Part shown: positions 29,478 through 39,327 of the stretch, in pieces
How the letters are laid out: each line of letters opens with the position of its first letter
How positions within the stretch are numbered: the stretch's first letter is position 1
Source of the DNA: Candidatus Multivorans sp.
GTDB lineage: Bacteria > Acidobacteriota > Thermoanaerobaculia > Multivoradales > Multivoraceae
Length of the DNA stretch: 64,000 nucleotides
Reading direction: 5' to 3'
Assembly: GCA_965224025.1 (NCBI GenBank)
Contig: OZ245033.1
Coordinates: 1,696,001 to 1,760,000, forward strand
Notes under the pieces: generated by a model
Told to the model about the DNA's origin: nothing
What the model saw: the letters and a program-made list of their open reading frames with translations, nothing else
The model's database searches: none
Translations under genes and position numbers: made by a program

Positions 29478-30430
29478 CCGCCAGCCGGTGCGGCGATCAG
29501 GTCGACCGGAGTCTGACGATCCGCAGCCTCGCCGCCGCCCAGGATCTCGAGCGCGGCCTCGATGCCGAACACGGCGAGCTGGTCGGCGTGCTGGTCGGCA
29601 GTGGCGAGGACCTCACCCGCCGCCACCAGTTCCGACACCGCATCGATGTTGTCGAAGCCGACGATCAACACGTCGTCCCGACCGCTCTGCCGGCCCGCGG
29701 CGAGCGCCCCGAGGGCCATGTTGTCGTTGGCGCACAGCAGCGCTTTCAACTGCGGGTGCTCGCGCAGCATCGCCGCCGCCACCGTGTTCGCCTGCTCCTG
29801 CTCCCAGCCGCCGCTCTGGATCTCGACGATCTCCGCGCCGGCCGCGTTCATCGCGTCTTCGAACCCGGCCTGCCGCTGCTGGGCGTTGAACGCGGTCGGA
29901 ATGCCTCCGACGATCGCCACCTGGTCGCCCGGTTCGAGCCGCGCCGCGAGCACCTCGCCCACCCGACGAGCGCCGTCGCGGTTGTCGGGCCCGACGAAGG
30001 GCGCGTCCAACCCGGCCTCCGCCGCCACCTCGATGTCGAGCCGGTTGTCGATGTTGACGACCACGACTCCGGCTGCCTGCGCCCGCGCCAGCGCCGGCGC
30101 CAAGGCCTTCGAATCCGCCGGCGCGATCACGATCGCGTCGCTGCCCGAGGCCACCATCTGCTCGACCAGAGCGACCTGCTGGGCAAGGTCGCTCTCGTTC
30201 CGGGTGCCGTTGACGACCAGGTCGTACTCACCGGCATTGGCCTCTTGGTGAGTTCGGGCGCCCTCGGCCATCGTCTCAAAGAACTCGTTGGCCAGGGACT
30301 TCATGACCAGCGCGATCCGGGGCCGCGCGACGTCCTCGGCGCTGGGCGTCTCGCCGCCGCCACATCCGACCGCCAGGGCCACCGCGACGAACATGACCGG
30401 AACCGCCGGCCGAACGTTGTGCTTTGCCAT
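29474..30430 (-). CDS. Sugar ABC transporter substrate-binding lipoprotein (RbsB-like)
   Basis: LAVGC lipobox, KSLANEFF, ANDNMALGA, VGFD; start placed at MAKHN (30430). Confidence 0.9.
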   Translation of the reverse strand: MAKHNVRPAVPVMFVAVALAVGCGGGETPSAEDVARPRIALVMKSLANEFFETMAEGARTHQEANAGEYDLVVNGTRNESDLAQQVALVEQMVASGSDAIVIAPADSKALAPALARAQAAGVVVVNIDNRLDIEVAAEAGLDAPFVGPDNRDGARRVGEVLAARLEPGDQVAIVGGIPTAFNAQQRQAGFEDAMNAAGAEIVEIQSGGWEQEQANTVAAAMLREHPQLKALLCANDNMALGALAAGRQSGRDDVLIVGFDNIDAVSELVAAGEVLATADQHADQLAVFGIEAALEILGGGEAADRQTPVDLIAAPAGG

Positions 30431-30576
30431 AGCGGGATACAGCGTACTGGAAGGTCTCACGCCGCCGCCCGCCGAGGCCAGGCCTGCCGGCCTCCCGCCG
30501 GATGCACCGACCACCCGGTCGGTACGCGGGCCTCCGGCCGGCTTCCGGGAACCACCGCGCCGCGAAGTTGCGACCA

Positions 30577-31821
30577 CTAGTCCACCGCCAGTTCCACGGC
30601 CTCCGCAAACCTCGCCAGCCCGCTCTCCGCCGCCGCCCGGTCGGCGGCCGGCACCTTCGACTCCTCCGCCTCGTAGTGCAACGCCAGTACCTCCAACCGA
30701 CCCTGCCGCCGATGCGCCTTCAGGTCATAGCGCGCCACCAGCCGGTCGCCGGCCAGCACCGGCATGCAGTAGTAGCCGTACCGGCGCTTCGAGGCCGGCT
30801 TGAAGATCTCGAGGATCTGGTCGAAGCCGAACAGATAGGCCACCCGGTTGCGGCGCCAGAGCACGGGGTCGAACGGCGACAGGAGCACGCCCCGGTCCGG
30901 CACCGGCCGCACGCGCCGAAGCCGGGCCGCCAGATCGAGGTCCTCCGTGCGCACCCAACCCGGCCGCCGCTTGCCGTCGACCATGATCAAGTCACACGGA
31001 ACCGCCTGCCCCGCCGACGCCAGATCCTCCAAAGCAGCCTTGATCTGCGGCCGCACGTTCTTGAGCCGCCACGTGTCGGCCAGCGTGCCGATCGTCGCCC
31101 AGCCGTGCCCCTCCAGCGCCCGCAGGATCAACGCCCGAAGCGACTCCTCGAGGCCCCACTCCTGCCGGCGCCATTGCTTCGGAATCACCCGTTCCGGAAG
31201 ATCGAACGTGCGCTGGAAGTTGTGCCGCGAGCGGATCGCCAGTTGGCCGGTAGTCCACAAGGAGTAGGCAACCCAACGCTCCCGCTTCGACCGCCACATC
31301 TCGCCCATCATCGGTCCCTTGAGGTCGAGCGACCGCATCGGCCCCTCGGCCTCGACCTGGCGCAGAATCGCCTCCGCGACCTCCGGGTACTCGCGTATCC
31401 CGCCGCCGTGCCAGGTCCTGCAGCTTCGGTACCCGTCCCGGCGAAAGCCGAACGCCGGGTAGAGGTCGATCGGGATCCAGCTCGCCTCGTGGCCCCAGTA
31501 CTCGAAGATCGGCTCGCCCGGCTGCAGGAGTTCCTCGGGCAGATTCCGGTCGATACCCGGCCAGCGGGACAGCGGCACGAGCGCGTGGGTCCTGGCCCCG
31601 GCAACGGAGATCGTGTCGAGCTGCAGGTAGCCGAAGCGCCCGATCAGCGCGTGAAGCGCGCGCCTCGCCCGCAGGCCCCGGCCGGAGGCCGACCGCGGCA
31701 GTCCGGTCCACTCCGGCTTGAGCAGGCCCGCCCGCGCCAGCGCCAACCGGCGGGCTTCGCGGACCGTGATCTCGGCCCGGCCAGCTCCCGCCGCAACAGC
31801 ATCCGTGACGTTCCGAGGCAT
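30577..31821 (-). CDS. YcaQ/AlkZ-family (HTH_42) interstrand-crosslink repair DNA glycosylase
   Basis: LQLDTISV (QxD), FEYWGHEAS, LLSPFDP, RRYGYYCMPVL. Confidence 0.88.
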   Translation of the reverse strand: MPRNVTDAVAAGAGRAEITVREARRLALARAGLLKPEWTGLPRSASGRGLRARRALHALIGRFGYLQLDTISVAGARTHALVPLSRWPGIDRNLPEELLQPGEPIFEYWGHEASWIPIDLYPAFGFRRDGYRSCRTWHGGGIREYPEVAEAILRQVEAEGPMRSLDLKGPMMGEMWRSKRERWVAYSLWTTGQLAIRSRHNFQRTFDLPERVIPKQWRRQEWGLEESLRALILRALEGHGWATIGTLADTWRLKNVRPQIKAALEDLASAGQAVPCDLIMVDGKRRPGWVRTEDLDLAARLRRVRPVPDRGVLLSPFDPVLWRRNRVAYLFGFDQILEIFKPASKRRYGYYCMPVLAGDRLVARYDLKAHRRQGRLEVLALHYEAEESKVPAADRAAAESGLARFAEAVELAVD

Positions 31822-31825
31822 CTGA

Positions 31826-34780
31826 TCAGAACTCCACGCTCAGGGAGATCTGCACCCGGCGCGGGTCGAAGCGGTCGCGGGGTTCTCCGAAGGCGGCGTC
31901 GCGCCGGAACGGGTTCATGTTGTAGCCGGTCTGGCGGTCGAACAGGTTGAAGAGATCGACTCGCAGCCGAGCGCCCAGGTCCGCCGGCAGGAGGAAGCGT
32001 TGCGTGTAGCCCAGGTCCAGTTGCCAGTGGCTCGGACCGCGCCGGCTGCCGGCCTGCTCGGCGTAGCGGTTGGTCGACGAGAAGTAGGAGGGCAGTCCGT
32101 ACGCGACCGAATCCCATGCCTCCCACGGTTGTCCGGACTGGAAGAAGACGAAGGCGCCGACGCTCGCCCGCCACGGCAGGTCGAGTCGGCCGAACACCTT
32201 GGCGAGATGCGGCCGGTCGCCGCGCAGCGTCCCGTCCTTGTTGTCCCATACCTGCCGGCCATAGCCGTCCGCAAGGTTGGACGAACCGATGAACAGGTTG
32301 GCGTCGTTGTTCCAGCTCGTGTTGTCCTGGTCGAAGTTGCCGGTGTAGCGGCTCCGCACGTACGAAGCGTTCAGGTAGCCGCGCTTACCGCGCCACACCA
32401 ATTCGACCGCGGCCTCCGCGTACTCCGTGTACGCGTCGTCGAGCTCGGCGATCACGTAGCTCGAACCTCCGATTTCCGCTCGAACGGCATCGAGACCCGA
32501 CACGTAGAGACCGCGGCCGGCGACGTGGGCGGGGGCGCTGTCGTAGCCCCGGGATCCGTTCCAGGTGTCCTCCCAGAAGTGCCCGCCCTCCCGGCGGCGC
32601 AGGTGAGCGCTGAGCGACAGTCCCCGCGACAACGTCCGGGTGGCGCCAAGCGTCCACTCGTCGATGCGGCGGGGCTTCATGCCCTCCTGGAACACTTTGC
32701 CCGAAGATCCCGGATACGGCTCGTGGGAGATGATCCGGCCGCCCTCGTCGAATAGCAGGCGGAGGCTGGCGCGGGTGTTCCGGTCCCAGGAAGCCGCGCG
32801 CGCCAGCGAGGTCGCCTCCGGGTGGTAGCGAGCGTAGTTCGCGAACACCGTGCCCTCCGCCCGGTAGGACCAGGCGACGCCGAGGCGTGGCTGAATCATA
32901 TCCCGCCAGTCGATCGTGTACATCCGGTACTTCTCGCCCGGCGCCAGGGCGAAGCCCGACACCGTGCCCGGCGCCGCCCGCAGACCCTGTCCGTACAGGA
33001 CGTCCTGGCTCAACAGCACGCCGGCGTCGAAAGTGAAGTCGCCCGCGGTCAGGCGGTCGTGGACCTCCAGGGACGTGGTCTCCGTGAAGGAGTCGATCGG
33101 CGAAACCACCGTGCCGTCCGGGCGCCGGAGGCTCATCTGCTGCACCGTGGCGACGTAGAAGACCGGCGTTCCGTCCTCGGCCAGGTCGACGCCGCCAGGC
33201 GCCTCGATGGCGCCCCAACCGTTCGATTCACGGCTCAGCGTCTCGCGGACCTCGGCGGCCCGCAACCCGAAGTGGAGGTCGTGGCCCATGGCGCCCCAGT
33301 CGAACTCATGATCGAAGGCCAGTTCGAAACTCCGCCGGTAGAACGCCTGGTCGTTGATCAACGGATGCGCGCCGACGGCGCCGCCCCCCCGGCGCGCGCC
33401 GTGCTCGTCCGTGTAGCCGTAGCGTTCCACCAGGGGCCTGACCGCGGCGTTGTAGGCATCGGCGCCGTCCACGTACTCGGGGACGCTGAAGTAGCCCATC
33501 CGGTCCAGCTTCTCCACGTCCAGCGCGCCGTCGAGCGCCGGCTGAACGGCCAGCGCCACGTCGGGGCGGGACGAGCCCTCGAGTTCGTAGTCGCTGAACC
33601 GGAACGAGAGGGCGCCCAGGCCCGTCTGCCACACGCCGTCGACGTTCGCCACCCGCTGGTCCGCCCTGCCGCCGAGCGATACCGAATCGGCCTCGTACGG
33701 CCCGACCGAGACGCCGTTCTCCTCGCGCCGCGAGGTGCGGTAACCGGCGTTGAGCAGCACCTGGTCCGACGGCGCGTGCGTCAGCCTGCCGTAGAACTCG
33801 CGGCGGGTGTTCTCGTAGTCCTTGACCGGTCCGTAGGCCGTGGCCGCATTCGTCCGTTCTTCCGTGGGCCGGAAAGCGGAAGCGAAGAAGAAGAGCCGCG
33901 ACGGAACGATCGGGCCGCCGAAGGTGGCGACGGCCCGCTGGCGGGCCGTGTCGTGTCCGGCCACGGGTTCCAGGACCGTCTCGGGTTCCGCCCGGAGATC
34001 CCGCGGCTCCACCGTGTACTCGACGCTGCCCGCGAAGGCGTTCGTACCCGACCTCGCCGTCGAGTCCATCGTGAATCCACCGCTGCGGTTGAAGCCCACC
34101 GCCGTGGCGCCGGCGCGCTCGAAGGTCACCTGGTCGATGTCATGGCTCGAAAGCTCGGCCGACAGCGTGCCGAACATCGGCAGCGACACGTCGACGCCGT
34201 CGAAACGGTACACGTTGTCCTGACCGCTGCCGCCGGCGGCGGGTCCCCGCACGCTGTCCTGGGTCACCTGGACGCCCGGAGCGAGCCGAACGAGGCTGCG
34301 ATAGTCGGGACCGAGCGGCATGTCCCGCACCGCCTCGCCGTCGATGGCGCTGGCGACGGCGGCACGGCCGCGGACCGCGACCCGCTCTCCTACGACGACG
34401 AGTTCCTCGCTGACCGCGGCGGCCGCGGCGTCGAGCTCCAGGTTCAGCGTCGTCGTCCGGCCGAGCAAGACCTGTGCCTCGACCGCGCGGCTTGCTCCCG
34501 CCGGGGTCGTGAACGTGACCCGATAGAGGCCCGGGTAGAGCCGCGGCAGCGCGTAGTGGCCGGACGCGCCGGTGACGGTCGACCTTGGCCGGGGCACGGC
34601 CCCGGTCTCGGCCAGAATGCCGATGCCCTCGGGCGAGGCGGCGCCGCGCAGCGTCACCGTCCCTTCGATACGCCCGGTCTGCTGGGCCGTCGCGGCGCCG
34701 GCGCAGAACAGCAGCGCCAGAGTCAAGGACGCGGCGCCGACCCCGCACGTCCGGTTCCCGATTCTCCTCACGATCGTCAT
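31826..34780 (-). CDS. TonB-dependent receptor with N-terminal carboxypeptidase-regulatory-like domain (Oar type)
   Basis: Signal peptide ..ATA-QQTGRIEGTV, LAPGVQ, QDNVYRFDGVDV, SGTNAFAG, QPRLG, C-terminal PRRVQISLSVEF; true start at MTIVRR (34780). Confidence 0.9.
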   Translation of the reverse strand: MTIVRRIGNRTCGVGAASLTLALLFCAGAATAQQTGRIEGTVTLRGAASPEGIGILAETGAVPRPRSTVTGASGHYALPRLYPGLYRVTFTTPAGASRAVEAQVLLGRTTTLNLELDAAAAAVSEELVVVGERVAVRGRAAVASAIDGEAVRDMPLGPDYRSLVRLAPGVQVTQDSVRGPAAGGSGQDNVYRFDGVDVSLPMFGTLSAELSSHDIDQVTFERAGATAVGFNRSGGFTMDSTARSGTNAFAGSVEYTVEPRDLRAEPETVLEPVAGHDTARQRAVATFGGPIVPSRLFFFASAFRPTEERTNAATAYGPVKDYENTRREFYGRLTHAPSDQVLLNAGYRTSRREENGVSVGPYEADSVSLGGRADQRVANVDGVWQTGLGALSFRFSDYELEGSSRPDVALAVQPALDGALDVEKLDRMGYFSVPEYVDGADAYNAAVRPLVERYGYTDEHGARRGGGAVGAHPLINDQAFYRRSFELAFDHEFDWGAMGHDLHFGLRAAEVRETLSRESNGWGAIEAPGGVDLAEDGTPVFYVATVQQMSLRRPDGTVVSPIDSFTETTSLEVHDRLTAGDFTFDAGVLLSQDVLYGQGLRAAPGTVSGFALAPGEKYRMYTIDWRDMIQPRLGVAWSYRAEGTVFANYARYHPEATSLARAASWDRNTRASLRLLFDEGGRIISHEPYPGSSGKVFQEGMKPRRIDEWTLGATRTLSRGLSLSAHLRRREGGHFWEDTWNGSRGYDSAPAHVAGRGLYVSGLDAVRAEIGGSSYVIAELDDAYTEYAEAAVELVWRGKRGYLNASYVRSRYTGNFDQDNTSWNNDANLFIGSSNLADGYGRQVWDNKDGTLRGDRPHLAKVFGRLDLPWRASVGAFVFFQSGQPWEAWDSVAYGLPSYFSSTNRYAEQAGSRRGPSHWQLDLGYTQRFLLPADLGARLRVDLFNLFDRQTGYNMNPFRRDAAFGEPRDRFDPRRVQISLSVEF

Positions 34781-34830
34781 CCCGCTCGCGCGAACTCTCG
34801 CACACCACCGGACTGTCCGGCGGTCGCCAG

Positions 34831-35946
34831 TCAGTCGTCGCCCAACGTGCCCGCGCGCCGGGCGAGAGACGCGACCCCGCGGTAGTACGCCTCGTCCCGT
34901 GCCAGATCTTCCCGGTTGACCAGCATCGGGTTGTCCTGCAGACCGCGCAGCCAGGCGTGGTAGGCGAGTCCCGCCTTGTAGTAACGGGTTGGCGGCTGAA
35001 AGATGAAGCGTGCGAGTTCCTCGGCGGGGCCCATCAGTTCGCGGTAGCGATCGATGTCGCCGTCGCCGAGCGCGCGGAGCGCCCGCGACGCCGGCACGGC
35101 GACCGCGTCGAATGCGCCCAGCAGCGCGTGGCTGAAGTCGCCCAAACGCACCCTGCGGCCCTTCAACTCCAACGTGGCGGGGAGTCTTGAACCCCTGGCC
35201 GGCGGGCGCCCTTCCAGTAGCCGGGCGAAGTGGTGGTCGTCGCCGGTCAGGACGATCTGGCCGCGCATGGCGATGCGGCGGCGGAGCCGCACCTCGAACT
35301 CCTCGTCCAGCAGCGAGAGCTTGACCCCGCGCACCTTGTCCGCGTGCCGGGCGAGGATTCGCTCCAGGCTGTTGCCGGGAAAGTAGCCGCGCATCGCCGG
35401 ATGGAACATCTCGCCCAGCCAGTGCAGGAACAGCGGTCCCTCGAGTTGGTCGATGATCGCCGAGTACACATCGACGTACTCCCTCTCGGTGGCGCCGTTC
35501 GTCGACAGATGGGGCATCGGCAACAGGACGGGTACCCCTCCCAGCTCGTCGATGAACTCCGCCTGCTCCGCCACCGCGTCGATCAGCTCCGTCTTGCTGC
35601 CGACCGCGTCGACCTGGTCGCTGCCGGCGCCCGCGACAAAACCGTTCCGGAGTTCCAGGGAGGAGCAGAGTTCGATCAGCCGTCGGGCGCTCGGCCAGCC
35701 GATCTCGAAGCGCTGCGCCGTGTCCATCGCCTCGGCGACGCCGAAGCCGAACGAGTCGACGAAGCGGCGCAGGCCGGCCGTCGCCTTCCAGTCGATCCAG
35801 TGCTCGATCTCGCGGGCCGAACCGGGACGTTCGAGCGAGTGGTCGACCTCGGCATAGCCGCCGCGCACGACGACATGGAGAGCGGCGTAGCAGAGCCTTG
35901 GCAGCGGCGCGAGGCCCCCGGACGGTTCTTGGTGGGCTGCGCTCAC
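34831..35946 (-). CDS. DUF993-family protein (DHDPS-like TIM barrel)
   Basis: YAALHVV, GVAEAMDTAQR, LHWLGEMF, GVKLSLLD, TGDD, SHALLG. Confidence 0.85.
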   Translation of the reverse strand: MSAAHQEPSGGLAPLPRLCYAALHVVVRGGYAEVDHSLERPGSAREIEHWIDWKATAGLRRFVDSFGFGVAEAMDTAQRFEIGWPSARRLIELCSSLELRNGFVAGAGSDQVDAVGSKTELIDAVAEQAEFIDELGGVPVLLPMPHLSTNGATEREYVDVYSAIIDQLEGPLFLHWLGEMFHPAMRGYFPGNSLERILARHADKVRGVKLSLLDEEFEVRLRRRIAMRGQIVLTGDDHHFARLLEGRPPARGSRLPATLELKGRRVRLGDFSHALLGAFDAVAVPASRALRALGDGDIDRYRELMGPAEELARFIFQPPTRYYKAGLAYHAWLRGLQDNPMLVNREDLARDEAYYRGVASLARRAGTLGDD

Positions 35947-37427
35947 AAAGCGGCCGCCTTCTTGATGTCACGGATCCGGGCGAACTCGGGGGTCTGCCGG
36001 TAGTGCTCGTCCAGCGGGTAGCAACCGCTGACCATGTTGTTGCGCGGCCCCGTCGTGCAGTCGCTGAAGGTGCGGCAGATCCGGCGGCGTTCAAGCGGCC
36101 GTCCCGCAAGCACGTCGGCCGGCAGGCGCGGGTAGGCCAGCACCATCCGCCCGAGGCCAACGAAGTCGACGTGACCGGCAGCGACTTCCGCCTCGGCCAT
36201 GTGGGGCAGCCACTCCTGCAGGTAGCTGTAGCCCGTTCCCACGAGAGGCAGCCCCGGAAGAGCCGCGCGCACCGTGCGCACGGCCGCCAGTTGTCGCAGC
36301 ACCGAACGCAGCGGATCCTCGGGAGGCAAGTAGCTGTCCGACGCCGGGTACGTGAACGGCCGCGACAGGTGCGGACAACTGTAGGGCGATCCCATCGTCA
36401 CGTTGACGGCCTCGACTCCAGCCTCGGTCAGGAGTGCGATGTAGCGGATTGCCTCAGAGCAGGCGGGTTCGGGAACGGCGCAGTTCGGGGCGTCGATGCC
36501 GAAGCCGAGACGAGCGAGGCGCAGCCCGAGATCCGGACCGTCGAGGTCGGTGAGGTCGGGCGTTCCGACGCCGTCAACCCCGGCGGCAAACGGCGCTACA
36601 TCGCCGACTGACAGCCGGACGCCGATGCCAAGACGCGGGCACGCAGAGCGCACCGACCCGACAATCTCGAGTGGCAAGCGCACTCTCTTCTCGAACCGAC
36701 CGCCGTAGGGCCCCGGCCGGTTCCGGGCGCCGAGCAGTTCATGTAACAGGTAGCCGTGGCAGCACTTGATGTCCACGAAGTCGTAGCCGGCCCGCTCGGC
36801 ACACCGTGCGGCGCGCACGTAGGCGCGGGCGATCTCCTCCAACTGCTCATCACTGATCAAGGGCCGCTTCCCGGCCTCACCGAGCCGGCCGTCAAGAGTC
36901 GGATGGACCTGCGCCCGAAGCGGCCGCGGCAACGCGGGCGGCGGATCGGGCCGCGACAACCGGCCCGAGTGGGTCAACTGCAGGCCGATGACCGGCCTAG
37001 CGCCGCCCACTCCACTCTCCTCGTGGCCAGCCAGGATCTCCTCCCGCAGCGCTTCGAGCCAAGCGACGCAGTCGTCCAGCCGGTCGCCATCGATGAAGAG
37101 CTGGTTCGGGTTCGCGCGCCCTTCGAGAACCACCGCCACCGCCTCGCCACCCCAGATCAGCTTCGCCCCGCTCAAGCCGAACCGCCGCCAACGCCGCCGC
37201 GTCAGGTCGCTCGGGCTGCCGTCGCGGTTCCCGTCCCAACCCTCCATCGGATGGATCGCGAACCGGTTGCCGGCCCCGCGGCCAAACACGGTGAGCGGCT
37301 TCGCCAGCGGCCCCTCCGGGCCGAGCAACTCGTCGCCGCAGTGGAACGCCGGATCGAGACTGCGCAGGTGCTCCCGAAAGGCCTCGACGGTGCGATGGTG
37401 GCCGGGAGGCGTGTATCGTCGACTCAT
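35943..37427 (-). CDS. NADH:flavin oxidoreductase (old yellow enzyme family)
   Basis: HPMEGWDG, LQLTHSGR, VDIKCCHGYLLHELL, PGPYGG, GLGRM. Confidence 0.9.
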   Translation of the reverse strand: MSRRYTPPGHHRTVEAFREHLRSLDPAFHCGDELLGPEGPLAKPLTVFGRGAGNRFAIHPMEGWDGNRDGSPSDLTRRRWRRFGLSGAKLIWGGEAVAVVLEGRANPNQLFIDGDRLDDCVAWLEALREEILAGHEESGVGGARPVIGLQLTHSGRLSRPDPPPALPRPLRAQVHPTLDGRLGEAGKRPLISDEQLEEIARAYVRAARCAERAGYDFVDIKCCHGYLLHELLGARNRPGPYGGRFEKRVRLPLEIVGSVRSACPRLGIGVRLSVGDVAPFAAGVDGVGTPDLTDLDGPDLGLRLARLGFGIDAPNCAVPEPACSEAIRYIALLTEAGVEAVNVTMGSPYSCPHLSRPFTYPASDSYLPPEDPLRSVLRQLAAVRTVRAALPGLPLVGTGYSYLQEWLPHMAEAEVAAGHVDFVGLGRMVLAYPRLPADVLAGRPLERRRICRTFSDCTTGPRNNMVSGCYPLDEHYRQTPEFARIRDIKKAAAL

Positions 37428-37757
37428 GATGGAGCACAGAGGCTACATGGGCAAAGTCGAGGTCGAAGACGACGAATTCTACGGCGTCGTCGTCAGCCTC
37501 CATCGCGACCATGTCGACTTCGCGGTCGGACGATCGACGAGGTCCGCGGGGCCTTTCGCGACTCGGTCGACTTCTACCTGAAGGGCTCCGAGGAAGACGG
37601 CGAAGAACCAGAGAGGCCCTTTTAGGGCCGATTCGTCGTCCGCCTGCCGCCCGCGACGCACCGCCGAGCCAGCACGCTCTCTCGAATCGAGAACCGGAGC
37701 CTGAATGCGGTCGTCGCCGACGCGATCGAGACCTACCTGACCGGTCGAGGCCTGTAG
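37426..37757 (+). pseudogene. hicB: HicB-family antitoxin remnant
   Basis: MMEHRGYMGKVEVEDDEFYG...DF, frameshift near 37525, GRTIDEVRGAFRDSVDFYL...PERPF, TAG at 37623, then GRFVVRLPPATHRR...SLNAVV. Confidence 0.8.
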
Positions 37758-37765
37758 CGGAACGC

Positions 37766-39316
37766 TTACGGTCCTGCAGCGGCTTCAAACGGCTGCCAGG
37801 GTTCCGGGCCGTCCGGCAGGGCACTGAGGAATTTGGCCCCCACGTCCTGGTACCAGGCGTGAAGCCGCGCTCGCATCTCGGCGACCCGTTCCGGCCGTGC
37901 CGCGGCCAGGTCGTTCCGTTCGCCGACATCTGCGTCCAGGTCGTAGAGATGGACCTGACCGTCCTCATAGCGCTCGATCAGCTTGTAGCGGCCTGTGGAG
38001 ACAGCGCCGCCCGGGAAGCCGCCCTGGTTGCCGTAGTGCGGGTAGTGCCAGAACAGGTCACGCTCCGCCGCGGCGGTGGCCGCGGCTTCGCCGACTTCGC
38101 CGCCGCGCAGCACGTCGAGGAAGCTAACGCCGTCGATCTCGATTCCGGACCGCTGGTCGATGCCGGCAGCTTCGAGCAGCGTCGGGTAGAAGTCGGTGCT
38201 GAGGACCGGCGCGCCGACTTCGCGGCCCGGCGCCACTACGGCCGGCCACCGAACGATCATCGGCTCCCGGATGCCGCCCTCGTACAGCCAGCCCTTGCCG
38301 CCGCGTAGCGGCAGGTTTGACGTCGGCGCCCCTTCCGCCGTCGACAGGCCGCCATTGTCCGAGAAGAAGACGACGATCGTGTTCCCGGCCAAGTCGAGGG
38401 CGTCGAGCCGGTCGAGGACGCGGCCGACGCTGGTGTCGAGGGTCTCGACCATTGCCGCGTAGACCGTGTGGTTCTGCACCTGGCGCACCCGTCGCGGTTC
38501 ATCGCGCGGCCAGATCTGCTCCTCGTCGCCGAAGTCGTCGGGATCAGCCGGCGCGCCGACTTCGACGCCCGCCTTCGCCGCGTACTTCGCGATCAGGTCC
38601 GCCGGTGCCCGCAACGGCGTGTGGACCGTGTAGTAGGACAGGTAGAGCAGGAAGGGTCTGCCTTCCTCGGCCGCCGCGTAGCCGTCGAGCAGTGCCAGCG
38701 CCTCGTCGGTAAGCCGAGCGGTGAGATGCTCGTCCTCGGAGCCGTCCTCCAGGGTCGGGTTCGAGTAGGGCGAGAAGTAACTCCGGGGCATCCCGCCGCG
38801 GTGGCCGCCGACGTTCACGTCGAAGCCCTGCGCCAGCGGCCAGAACTCCTCCGTCGGCCCCAGGTGCCACTTGCCCAGGAACGCCGTGCTGTAGCCGTCG
38901 TCCCGGAGCGCCTCGGCGAGGGTGTACTCCTCCAGTGGCATGCGGTCGTTGAGCGGCGCCGGCGCGAACTTCTCCTCGCGGCGGACCACGAAGTAGTTCG
39001 TCGCGCCCACCCGGGTCGGATAGCGGCCGGTCACTATGCTGTAGCGGGTCGGGCTGCAGACCGGGTTCGCCGCGTAGCCGCGAGTGAAACGGAGCCCGCC
39101 GGCCGCCAGCCGGTCGATGTTCGGCGTCTCGTAGAAGGTGTCCGGGTTGAAGGCGCCGACATCCATTGCGCCGAGATCGTCGACCAGGAGGAAGACGATG
39201 TTCGGAGGCTCGCGGGAGGGTTCACCGCCGCACGCGGCCGCCAGGGCCGCCAGGCAGAGGAAGCCGAGCCTCGCAGCCGCGAACCGCCAATGATCTCTTC
39301 TGGCTCGGCGCATCAT
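37766..39316 (-). CDS. Cys-type (family S1) sulfatase, lipoprotein
   Basis: NIVFLLVDDLG, CSPTRYSIVTGR, GKWHLG, SDNGG, GGKGWLYEGGIREP; LAAAC lipobox. Confidence 0.94.
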   Translation of the reverse strand: MMRRARRDHWRFAAARLGFLCLAALAAACGGEPSREPPNIVFLLVDDLGAMDVGAFNPDTFYETPNIDRLAAGGLRFTRGYAANPVCSPTRYSIVTGRYPTRVGATNYFVVRREEKFAPAPLNDRMPLEEYTLAEALRDDGYSTAFLGKWHLGPTEEFWPLAQGFDVNVGGHRGGMPRSYFSPYSNPTLEDGSEDEHLTARLTDEALALLDGYAAAEEGRPFLLYLSYYTVHTPLRAPADLIAKYAAKAGVEVGAPADPDDFGDEEQIWPRDEPRRVRQVQNHTVYAAMVETLDTSVGRVLDRLDALDLAGNTIVVFFSDNGGLSTAEGAPTSNLPLRGGKGWLYEGGIREPMIVRWPAVVAPGREVGAPVLSTDFYPTLLEAAGIDQRSGIEIDGVSFLDVLRGGEVGEAAATAAAERDLFWHYPHYGNQGGFPGGAVSTGRYKLIERYEDGQVHLYDLDADVGERNDLAAARPERVAEMRARLHAWYQDVGAKFLSALPDGPEPWQPFEAAAGP

Positions 39317-39327
39317 CGAGAGTCTCC

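Noticed and set aside
34781-36160. N-terminal extension making the TonB receptor 1444 aa
   Set aside because: Arg/Pro-rich off-frame read-through of the DUF993 and OYE genes; the signal peptide starts at 34780.
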